A stretch of DNA of 23,909 nt from Fidelibacterota bacterium (lineage in GTDB: Bacteria; Fidelibacterota; Marinisomatia; Marinisomatales; TCS56), in contig JBDRBK010000002.1 of NCBI GenBank assembly GCA_043822705.1, positions 1 through 23,909 of the forward strand, written 5' to 3'. Positions 7,903-15,445 of the stretch are shown piece by piece (positions within the stretch are counted from its first letter, which is position 1; the number at the start of each line of letters is the position of its first letter). The notes beneath the pieces are model-generated. The model was given only the letters and a program-made list of their open reading frames with translations, searched no databases and had not been told where the DNA came from. Both the position numbers and the translations under genes were made by a program.

Positions 7903-8814
7903 ATGAATACTGTGGAAATAGACCATATTATCAAAACATTCGGCAATGTAGTCGCCGTGGATCGATTGTCATTATCCGTTCCCGGCGGCAGCATCTATGG
8001 CTTTATCGGTCCCAATGGCTCCGGCAAGACTACCACCCTGCGGATGATAATGAATATTTTTTATCCCGATTCCGGTGCAATCCGGGTTTTCGGGCAGCCG
8101 GTCGGCGGCGCGGCATCGGACCGGATTGGCTACTTGCCCGAAGAACGGGGTTTGTATAGAACAATGAAAGTCCGTGATGTACTGCGTTTTTACGGTGACC
8201 TGAAAAACGGTCGCAATGTGGCCGCCGAAGTGGACACCTGGCTGAAACGGCTGAATCTGGCCGACTGGAGCGACAAGAAAGTCCAGACCCTCTCCAAAGG
8301 TATGAGTCAGAAGGTCCAGTTCATCGCCACTGTCGTTTCCCGGCCGGAGCTGGTAATCCTGGATGAACCATTCAGCGGCCTGGACCCGGTCAACATGGAA
8401 ATCCTGAAAGACGCCATTCTGGAATTACAGGCGCAGGGAACCACAGTCATTTTCAGTACCCATGACATGAGCGTGGCCGAAAAAATGTGCAATTTTATTT
8501 TTATGATATTCAAAGGCCAGAAAGTTCTGGACGGTACGCTCGACAGCATCCAACGCAAATACGGCAGCGATACGATCCGGATTAGAACCGAGGACGGCCG
8601 GACGGCTTTGAACGATCTGCCGGGCGTGGAAAAAATCAACGATTTCGGCCGCTTGCAGGAACTGCGGTTGGCACCCGGCAGTGATACTCAGATAATACTG
8701 ACGGAGGTCATGAAACAAACCCGGGTGGACAGCTTCGAAACCGTCCAACCATCGCTGCACGATATTTTTATCCGGATCGCCGGCCCCGAAGCCGAGGAGG
8801 TCAACCATGCGTAA
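7903..8814 (+). CDS. ABC-2 type exporter ATP-binding subunit (NatA/YhaQ-like, C-terminal DUF4162-like)
   Basis: Walker A GPNGSGKTT, GYLPEERGLY, signature LSKGMSQKVQF, Walker B ILDEPFSGLDPVN, H-loop FSTH, C-terminal PSLHDIFI. Confidence 0.93.
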   Translation: MNTVEIDHIIKTFGNVVAVDRLSLSVPGGSIYGFIGPNGSGKTTTLRMIMNIFYPDSGAIRVFGQPVGGAASDRIGYLPEERGLYRTMKVRDVLRFYGDLKNGRNVAAEVDTWLKRLNLADWSDKKVQTLSKGMSQKVQFIATVVSRPELVILDEPFSGLDPVNMEILKDAILELQAQGTTVIFSTHDMSVAEKMCNFIFMIFKGQKVLDGTLDSIQRKYGSDTIRIRTEDGRTALNDLPGVEKINDFGRLQELRLAPGSDTQIILTEVMKQTRVDSFETVQPSLHDIFIRIAGPEAEEVNHA

Positions 8815-10120
8815 AACATTGAAAATCGCCCTGCGCGAATACAAAGCCACCGTACGCACCAAGGGTTTCATCATCGGTCTGTTTCTGGCGCCCCTGCTGA
8901 TGAGCGGCAGTTTTCTGGCCATCACCCTGCTGAAGGACCAAATCGACGTTACCGATAAGCGGGTTGTGATCCTGGATCACTCCGGCATCGTCGCCGATTA
9001 CCTGATCAATCTGGCCGCAGAACGGAACCGGGAAGTCGTCGTTGATACAACGACCGGGAAAAAGGTGAAGCCGTCCTACATCCTGGAAAAAGCCACTCCC
9101 GACCCGGAGAATCTTGAACAACAGCGGCTGGTACTATCCGACCGGATTCGCGCCAAGGAAATCTATGCCTTCCTGGAAATCGGGCCTGATGTGGCCCACC
9201 CCGGTGAGAATCGCGAAAGTTCGCGGATCAAATTCCATGGTGAAAATACCGCCATGGACGATCTGCGCAGCTGGCTGCGGCAGCCAATCAATGACCGCCT
9301 GCGTTTGTTCCGACTGGAAGAAGCTGGTATTACCGAAAATGAGGTGCCCGATCTGTTTTACTGGATTTCGGTGGAGGGTATGGGCCTGACATCGGTTGAT
9401 GACAGCGGTACGGTTAAAGACGCCGAGCGAACCGGCGAGCTGGAGGCGCTGGGGGCTCCGCTGATCATGCTGATGCTGATGTTTTTGATGACAATGATGG
9501 GTGCCGTACCACTGCTCAATTCGGTGATGGAGGAAAAAGCCCAGCGGATTGCCGAGGTAATACTCGGCTCGGTGCGACCGTTTCAATTCATGCTGGGCAA
9601 AGTCATCGGCGGTCTGGCCGTCGCCCTGACCGGCGCCCTGGTTTATGTGGTGCTGGGCCTGTACGCCGTCAGCAGCTACGGCATCGAAGATAAAATTCCA
9701 CTGAACGTCCTGCCCTGGTTTTTCGCGTTCCTGGTTCTGCATATAACCATGACGGGATCAATCATGGCGGCTATCGGCTCGGCCTGCAATGACGCCAAGG
9801 ATGCCCAAAATCTGTCATTCCCGGCCATGTTACCGAATATGATCCCGATGTTCATTTTGTTTCCAGTGCTGAAGGAGCCGCTCAGCGCCTTTTCCACCTG
9901 GATGAGCCTGATCCCGCCCTTCACGCCGATGCTGATGATTCTGCGCCTGAGCACGCCCATGGCAATCCCCGCCTGGCAACCCTGGGTGGGAATGGCAATC
10001 GTTCTTGTTTCCGCCGTGTTCAGCGTCTGGGCCGGGGGCCGGATATTCCGGGTGGGTATCCTGCTGCAAGGCACACCACCCAAACTGGCGAATCTACTGC
10101 GTTGGATTGCCCGCGGCTAA
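8807..10120 (+). CDS. ABC-2 type exporter permease (NatB/YhaP-like)
   Basis: N-terminal IALREY...VRTKGFII, one TM, a large periplasmic domain, the SVMEEKAQRIAEVILGSV.P..LGKV motif and further TMs. Overlaps the ATPase stop by 8 nt. Confidence 0.9.
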   Translation: MRKTLKIALREYKATVRTKGFIIGLFLAPLLMSGSFLAITLLKDQIDVTDKRVVILDHSGIVADYLINLAAERNREVVVDTTTGKKVKPSYILEKATPDPENLEQQRLVLSDRIRAKEIYAFLEIGPDVAHPGENRESSRIKFHGENTAMDDLRSWLRQPINDRLRLFRLEEAGITENEVPDLFYWISVEGMGLTSVDDSGTVKDAERTGELEALGAPLIMLMLMFLMTMMGAVPLLNSVMEEKAQRIAEVILGSVRPFQFMLGKVIGGLAVALTGALVYVVLGLYAVSSYGIEDKIPLNVLPWFFAFLVLHITMTGSIMAAIGSACNDAKDAQNLSFPAMLPNMIPMFILFPVLKEPLSAFSTWMSLIPPFTPMLMILRLSTPMAIPAWQPWVGMAIVLVSAVFSVWAGGRIFRVGILLQGTPPKLANLLRWIARG

Positions 10121-10125
10121 CTGCT

Positions 10126-10160
10126 GATCGCTGACAGCCCTGGTCGGGCTGTCAGCGATC
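10126..10160. terminator. Perfect 15-bp hairpin between convergent genes (terminator or stabiliser)
   Basis: GATCGCTGACAGCCC, loop TGGTC, GGGCTGTCAGCGATC. No U-tract downstream on either strand. Confidence 0.5.
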
Positions 10161-10165
10161 GAAAA

Positions 10166-11452
10166 TTAATTATATAGATAATATTTTTTAGCCCGACCGG
10201 TAAACGTTTTTACATCCTTATTCAGATAATCTTCAACATCGGAAAAACGGAAGTTTTTGGAAAACAATTCCCGGACCTTATCCGATCCTGTCACCTTATC
10301 AAACATTCGCAACCGGCCTTCCTGAGCCAGCTTAAAAGGATTGTGATCCGGGTACAGCTTGATCAGCGCTTCCAGATAGTGAAATTGCAACGCCAGCAGG
10401 TTGACCCGGGCCGGATCGATAATATGCACCTGAACACCGCCCAGATAATTGCCTTGATCGCGACCGTAATAGGGTTTAAATATCACCGGTCGGAAAATCA
10501 CACCGGGCAGGTTCAGTGCATTTAATTCGACTGCCAACCGATCGCCGTCCACCCATTCGGCGCCGATCAACTGGAACGGTGCGGTGTAACCGACCCCCTC
10601 CGAAATCACTCCCAGTTCACCCAGCACGCCGGAACTGACATAGTACAGCGGTGAATATTTATGGGGGACGTGGGGCGATGTGGGAACCCATTCCAGTCCC
10701 GTATCTTCGTAGGTCATGCTGCGTTTCCAGTGCTGCATCGGGACGACCGTCAGGTCGCACTGGACACCGTTTTGCAGCATCATTTCACCATTGAGCATTC
10801 GGGCAAATTCGCCCACGGTCAGTCCGTACACGTACGGCACCGGATACTGGCTCACAAAGGAAAAGAAACCGTCCTCCGCCAAATTGCCTTCGATCCGGTT
10901 ACCGCCCAGCGGATTGGGGCGGTCCAGAATGACGAGCTCGCGCTGATTCTCGGCACAGGCTTCCATGCAAACGCCCAGGGTACTGATAAAGGTGTAGGAA
11001 CGGCAGCCGATCCCCTGGATATCATAGACCAGCACATCGATATCCGCCAGCATCGCCGGCGTCGGTTTACGGGTTTTGCCATATAGCGAGTATACCGGCA
11101 GCTTGGTTCTTTCATCGATGTAGAAATCGACGTACTCACCGGCGGTCTGGGCACCACGTACGCCGTGTTCCGGTCCATACAGGGCCACCAGATTGACATT
11201 CGGCGCCTCGAACAGCAGATCGACGGTAGAGCGCAATTGCCAGTCCACACCGGTGGCGTTGGTGACCAGGCCCACCCGCTTACCTTCCAGTACAGCGAAA
11301 TTCTGCTGTTTCAGCAGTTCGATTCCGGTAACTACTTTTTTGGGTTTGCCGGTTACCCACACGGCGGTTCCGGTCGGACCGGTCGTGGCACAGCCGGTCA
11401 GGTACAGCAGACCGCTGATAGCCAGAACTTGTTGTAAGGATTTAAGCGTCAT
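10166..11452 (-). CDS. namZ: Exo-beta-N-acetylmuramidase NamZ family (DUF1343/YbbC, GH171), predicted lipoprotein
   Basis: Motifs VGLVTNATG, LYGPEHGVRG, PVYSLYG.TRKPT..ML, DIQGIGCRSYTFIST, LDRPNPLGG, GLTVGE, WVPTSPHVP, SEGVG. The preferred start ATG 11452 has a GGAG SD and gives the lipobox LYLTG-C. Confidence 0.88.
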   Translation of the reverse strand: MTLKSLQQVLAISGLLYLTGCATTGPTGTAVWVTGKPKKVVTGIELLKQQNFAVLEGKRVGLVTNATGVDWQLRSTVDLLFEAPNVNLVALYGPEHGVRGAQTAGEYVDFYIDERTKLPVYSLYGKTRKPTPAMLADIDVLVYDIQGIGCRSYTFISTLGVCMEACAENQRELVILDRPNPLGGNRIEGNLAEDGFFSFVSQYPVPYVYGLTVGEFARMLNGEMMLQNGVQCDLTVVPMQHWKRSMTYEDTGLEWVPTSPHVPHKYSPLYYVSSGVLGELGVISEGVGYTAPFQLIGAEWVDGDRLAVELNALNLPGVIFRPVIFKPYYGRDQGNYLGGVQVHIIDPARVNLLALQFHYLEALIKLYPDHNPFKLAQEGRLRMFDKVTGSDKVRELFSKNFRFSDVEDYLNKDVKTFTGRAKKYYLYN

Positions 11453-11543
11453 TTTTGCTCCCAAGTGAAAGCTGAAAATTCGACAGAATCTCGCTTTTAT
11501 ACAATCAACTAAAGTACTGTTCGGCCGGGTGTCCTGACCGGCA

Positions 11544-12149
11544 TCAGCGAAACAGGGCAGTTGCACCGTTCATGAATACGCCGATATAGATCGCGGTAGC
11601 TTTGTTGATCGCCGCTGGCGAACGGTAGGTGCGGACGATATCCAGTATGCCTTCAACCAGACCCACTGCCAGCGAACGGACCACGGTGTCATTCAGAATT
11701 TTCCCGTCCAGCTTGCCGGCCTGGACCAAGGCCGTCTTCAACTGCGCCGCGATGGCCCCGACCAAAGCGCCCCGGCTTTCGGCGAAGCGCGTACCACCGC
11801 TTTGATCCACCAGGATCAGCAGTTCGACGCGATTTTCCACCATGATTCTGGTCAGATTACCAAGCTGAATCCGGATTATATCCACCAGGGCGGAAACGCC
11901 GCTGCCGGAAATCCGTTCCTTTTCCGGTTTGTACAACAACACCAGATCAATGATCCGATCGTAGGCCGGCTTGACCACCGCCTCGAATAAATCGACTTTG
12001 TTGCGGTAATAGCGGTATAGATTGCCAACGGCAATCCCGGCCCGCGCAGCAATCGTGTGCATGGAGGCAGCGGCGAAACCATGTTTGAAAAATTCTTCCC
12101 GGGCACTGACGAGCATCGCCTGACGTACAGTAGCTTTTTTAACCTGCAT
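11544..12149 (-). CDS. TetR/AcrR-family transcriptional regulator
   Basis: N-terminal HTH AREEFFKHGFAAASMHTIAARAGIAVGNLYRYYRNKVDLF. SD AGGA upstream. Confidence 0.92.
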   Translation of the reverse strand: MQVKKATVRQAMLVSAREEFFKHGFAAASMHTIAARAGIAVGNLYRYYRNKVDLFEAVVKPAYDRIIDLVLLYKPEKERISGSGVSALVDIIRIQLGNLTRIMVENRVELLILVDQSGGTRFAESRGALVGAIAAQLKTALVQAGKLDGKILNDTVVRSLAVGLVEGILDIVRTYRSPAAINKATAIYIGVFMNGATALFR

Positions 12150-12231
12150 TAATTTATCCTAACTTATGCGAGTCACCCGAAGTCCTGCAACAAGCACCGA
12201 AGCGCGTCGCTTCCGCTGCTGTCAGTCTCAG

Positions 12232-12273
12232 ATTGTAGGTAATTCCAAGATTTATTCCAATTTGATCGGAATA
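12232..12273 (-). promoter_or_regulatory. Candidate tetR promoter with an overlapping inverted repeat
   Basis: Minus strand TTGGAA (12260-12255), 17 nt, TACAAT (12237-12232). The inverted repeat TATTCC-N9-GGAATA (12253-12273) covers the -35. Confidence 0.5.
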
Positions 12274-12379
12274 CAGAAATTATATTCAGGTAAAACAGAC
12301 CGTAAATAGTTCTGTGAACCGGTGGAATTTATGACCAAGAATGAATCGGCGGAAATGGCATATCTTCGATCTACAGTCG

Positions 12380-12403
12380 AAAAAACCGGCTATTTCTTGC
12401 CGG
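12380..12403 (-). terminator. Candidate intrinsic terminator ending the five-gene operon
   Basis: Minus strand CCGGC-AAGAAATA-GCCGG-TTTTTT, overlapping the ybgA stop codon. The stem is only 5 bp. Confidence 0.5.
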
Positions 12404-13358
12404 AATCAGGCAAGGTGGTCAGACCCTCGGGAAATGGCTCAAAGTACTGTTGCCGTTCCAGATATGGTTGACCGAACCGGACGATCCAAGACTTTATCAA
12501 GTGGTTTACGACCGTAGCAGTGATAATTCCCTGACGATATTTTTGGAGCAGCTCCAGAAAATATGCTTTTTCAGCGCCAGTCAACTGTTTGGAAAAATAT
12601 CCAAAAGCATGCATCTGTGTATTGATATGCGCAACCGAACGCGGCAGCTTGCGGAATATCTTTGGTAGCAGAAGGGTGTATTCGTTGAGAACCTTCAGAA
12701 ACGGTTGCTTCGCCTGGTTCGCTACGATACGTCCCAGTTGCCGCATCACCGTCTGGTTATAGGTCATGAATAACAATTTGTGGTCAGCCTGAAAGTCGAC
12801 TAGCCCCTGCTGGTTTCCAGCGAATGTACAGTTATTCCGGAAGCGAGCCAAGGTAAAGACAGCCGTTAAATAATGTTCGCGCAGAGCGGCATTGGTGAGG
12901 CGCCCCTCGTCTTCACAGGGCAGGTATGGAAAAGATTGCACCACTGCCGCCGCAAATAGTCCCGCGCCCTTGCCCAACATCGGACTTTTCTCCACCCGTG
13001 GATACAATTTAGTATCACGGATACCGCAGGACGGCGATCGCGACTTAAGAATGAAACCATCGACATTTTTCAGCTGCCCGAGAAAACGCTGGGAAAAAGC
13101 CTGCATCTCGACGGTCAGGTCGCGCCCGCTGGCCGGTTGAATCATGTTAAAGCCAGCGAGGCTCCGTACCAACCGGACTGGTTCCCGGGGGATACCCAGG
13201 CCAATTTCAACTTCGGGGCAAATCGGGATAAAATTAACAAATGGCTGGATGCTACGAACAATCTCATCCCGAATCATTTGGCCGTTATAGCGGCAGGCTG
13301 CCAGTTCCAAACAACTACTAACGACAATATTGGGTTTGGGGAAATACATGGTTTTCAT
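12390..13358 (-). CDS. ybgA: DUF523 (TudS-like [4Fe-4S] thiouracil desulfidase)-DUF1722 fusion, YbgA/RudS family
   Basis: DUF523 motifs SSCL...CRYNG, ICPEVEIGLGIPREP, GFILKSRSPSCG, GLFA, EDEGRL. DUF1722 motifs LVDFQADHKLLFM, HINTQMHAFGYF, YLERQQYFEPFP. Start 13358 makes an ATGA overlap with the upstream gene. Confidence 0.9.
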   Translation of the reverse strand: MKTMYFPKPNIVVSSCLELAACRYNGQMIRDEIVRSIQPFVNFIPICPEVEIGLGIPREPVRLVRSLAGFNMIQPASGRDLTVEMQAFSQRFLGQLKNVDGFILKSRSPSCGIRDTKLYPRVEKSPMLGKGAGLFAAAVVQSFPYLPCEDEGRLTNAALREHYLTAVFTLARFRNNCTFAGNQQGLVDFQADHKLLFMTYNQTVMRQLGRIVANQAKQPFLKVLNEYTLLLPKIFRKLPRSVAHINTQMHAFGYFSKQLTGAEKAYFLELLQKYRQGIITATVVNHLIKSWIVRFGQPYLERQQYFEPFPEGLTTLPDSGKK

Positions 13359-13753
13359 CCTGGCCAAACATACGGTAAATCCGGTGCTTCAATCCAGTTA
13401 AAGCGACGATAGTAATCACCGTCCTTGCGCAACAGATTGGAGCGGTGAGCGGCATGAAATTCTTCATCGCCCAACCACCGGGGATAAACGATTTCGTCCG
13501 GGACCGGTGACAATTCCATTGTATTTTTAAAGCCGCGCCGAACCCACTCACGAATGCAGGTATTTTTATATTCCAGCAGGGCGGCCTCATGTCCGTACCA
13601 CATCTTAACCGCCGGATGCCTGGCCCAACCGTAACCCGGAACGGTCAGCGCCCGGTAGATTTGGAGCGCTTCCACACGCTGTTTCCCAAGCCGACGATCG
13701 TCCAATATCTCCACGGTACGCTGAAATGTCGGATATGGTAAAAAAGTCTGCAT
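13355..13753 (-). CDS. MSMEG_6728-family protein, pyrimidine-dimer DNA glycosylase (T4 endonuclease V-like) superfamily
   Basis: MQTFLPYP.F.....LDDRRLGKQRVEALQI.RAL...YGW.RHPAVKMW.G, EWVRRGFK, PRWLGDEEFHAAHRSNLLRKD..YY, DLPYVWP. Confidence 0.85.
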   Translation of the reverse strand: MQTFLPYPTFQRTVEILDDRRLGKQRVEALQIYRALTVPGYGWARHPAVKMWYGHEAALLEYKNTCIREWVRRGFKNTMELSPVPDEIVYPRWLGDEEFHAAHRSNLLRKDGDYYRRFNWIEAPDLPYVWPG

Positions 13754-13755
13754 CG

Positions 13756-14526
13756 CTACCGCCGCGGTAACCCCGGCAGGAAAGCATTTACCGACTTAAT
13801 GTATTCAGCATAACCCGGTTTCGATCTGATCATCAATTCATCCAGCATTCGGACGCCCGAAACCCGGACCAGCAAAAAAGTCATTAGCAACGGACTAATT
13901 ATTGTCAACGGATGACCTGCCGCCACCGCGACCAGATAAATGCCCCACCACAGAACTGCTTCACCAAAATAATTGGGATGTCGCGTCAGATGCCATAATC
14001 CGGAAGTCAGTATCTGGCCTTTGTTAGCACGATCGGCTTTGAAGCGCTGCAATTGCCAGTCGCCCACAACTTCAAAAAACATTCCAGTCAACCAGAAGGT
14101 AGTTCCCAAATAATCAATAATATTTATCTCCCCGCCGCCGGCACCTGTCAATGTGAAAATTACCGGCAGCACGACAATCCACATGATAGTACCCTGCAAC
14201 AAAAACACTTTGAAATAACTTTTCCACCACCAGTTCGATCCGTTTTCCAGGCGCCATCGCTGATAGCGGGTATCCTCTGGTTTGCCGGCATTGCGATAGC
14301 CAATGTAGATCGACAATCGGATGCCCCAAATTATCACCAGCGCCAGTACAAGTATTCCGCGGGATGACCAAGCATCATACCTGACCGGTACCAGAATGGC
14401 AGTAAAAACAAAGCCCAGTCCCCAAAAAATATCCATTATGCCGGCATCTTGTTTCACAAGACTAAGTAGCCAGACCAGCGTAACAAAACTGAAAATTAGC
14501 GTTCCCGCAAACTGCAGCGGTCCCAT
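13756..14526 (-). CDS. DUF1295 membrane protein (steroid 5-alpha-reductase / ICMT-like fold)
   Basis: DAGIMDIFWGLGF, WGIRLS.YI..RN.GKPED.RY..WR, VFLLQG, E.VGDWQL..FK, GLW..TRHPNYFGE..LWWG, RVSGV.ML, Y.EY. Confidence 0.9.
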   Translation of the reverse strand: MGPLQFAGTLIFSFVTLVWLLSLVKQDAGIMDIFWGLGFVFTAILVPVRYDAWSSRGILVLALVIIWGIRLSIYIGYRNAGKPEDTRYQRWRLENGSNWWWKSYFKVFLLQGTIMWIVVLPVIFTLTGAGGGEINIIDYLGTTFWLTGMFFEVVGDWQLQRFKADRANKGQILTSGLWHLTRHPNYFGEAVLWWGIYLVAVAAGHPLTIISPLLMTFLLVRVSGVRMLDELMIRSKPGYAEYIKSVNAFLPGLPRR

Positions 14527-15437
14527 CAGCCGGCCCTCAAACCTATTAATCCGCTCATGACCGTCGTCAGCCGCCGACCGAAATTCAGCTGCCGGATACC
14601 CTGACCACCGATCAGCAACTCGATATTATGCTTCCGTGACAGCTCGCTGATCCGGCTCAGACTGGCCTCCGCTTCAATAATGTCACTAATAATTGTTACC
14701 GATAAACAAAGGCGATCCGGTTGGTATTTTAGCAGCATTTCTTCCATCCGGTCCAGTGCGGTCAGCTGGCCGATGAACAGAACTTCCCAGCCTTGGTCCT
14801 GCAATAGGTGCTGGACCATTTTTAGCGCAATATCGTGGAGCTCCGCGGATAAGGTCAGGCATAATGCCCGGCCTGATTTCAAATCACCATACCGGGTACT
14901 ACTCATCAGTCCGGTAATGACATCCCGGATTGTCTGAGAGGCCAGGTGCTCCTCATTAATCGAGATTGCGCCTTCGGACCAGCGTTCCCCAATCTGGTGC
15001 AAGACCGGAGTGAACAGGTATTCATAAATTTCAGCCAAATCACCATGGGTATAAAAGAGTCCCTCCAGCACCAGCTTGACCAGGCCATGGCGGCATTTCA
15101 ACGCAGCATCAATTACCAGCGGGATCAAGGAGTCATAATCACGCTGCTGGATCAGGAGATTCAAATACTGATATTGATCAGAATCCAAAGGTATTAAGTT
15201 CGCCTGTTTCCCGGACCGACCCTGATGCATGAGAAACTCGGATATGTGGCGCTGTGCAAATTTGCGGTGTCTGCCGGCAGTCTGAATGCAATTCAGCTTA
15301 CCGCTGTCGGTCCAGCGTTTTATTGTTGATACATTCACGCCAAGAAGCGCGGCCACTTCCCGGCTGTTTAAAAATCCGGCTTTGGAGCTGGAATTATCGT
15401 CGATTATAGCCATTATCTTTAGTAATGATTTGACCAC
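14526..15437 (-). CDS. MerR-like HTH plus cobalamin-binding transcriptional regulator (CarH/LitR-like)
   Basis: N-terminal HTH (REVAALLGVNVSTIKRWTDSG..AGRHRKF), B12-cap helical bundle with W-x9-EH (GERWSEGAISINEEHLAS) and Rossmann B12 domain (ELHDIAL...GWEVLFIG...CLSV...IGGQG). Start is GTG 15437 or ATG 15413. Confidence 0.85.
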   Translation of the reverse strand: MVKSLLKIMAIIDDNSSSKAGFLNSREVAALLGVNVSTIKRWTDSGKLNCIQTAGRHRKFAQRHISEFLMHQGRSGKQANLIPLDSDQYQYLNLLIQQRDYDSLIPLVIDAALKCRHGLVKLVLEGLFYTHGDLAEIYEYLFTPVLHQIGERWSEGAISINEEHLASQTIRDVITGLMSSTRYGDLKSGRALCLTLSAELHDIALKMVQHLLQDQGWEVLFIGQLTALDRMEEMLLKYQPDRLCLSVTIISDIIEAEASLSRISELSRKHNIELLIGGQGIRQLNFGRRLTTVMSGLIGLRAG

Positions 15438-15445
15438 AATTCCAA

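Noticed and set aside
11453..11566. 38-aa N-terminal extension of NamZ
   Set aside because: It overlaps tetR. ATG 11452 has an SD and yields a proper lipoprotein signal peptide.
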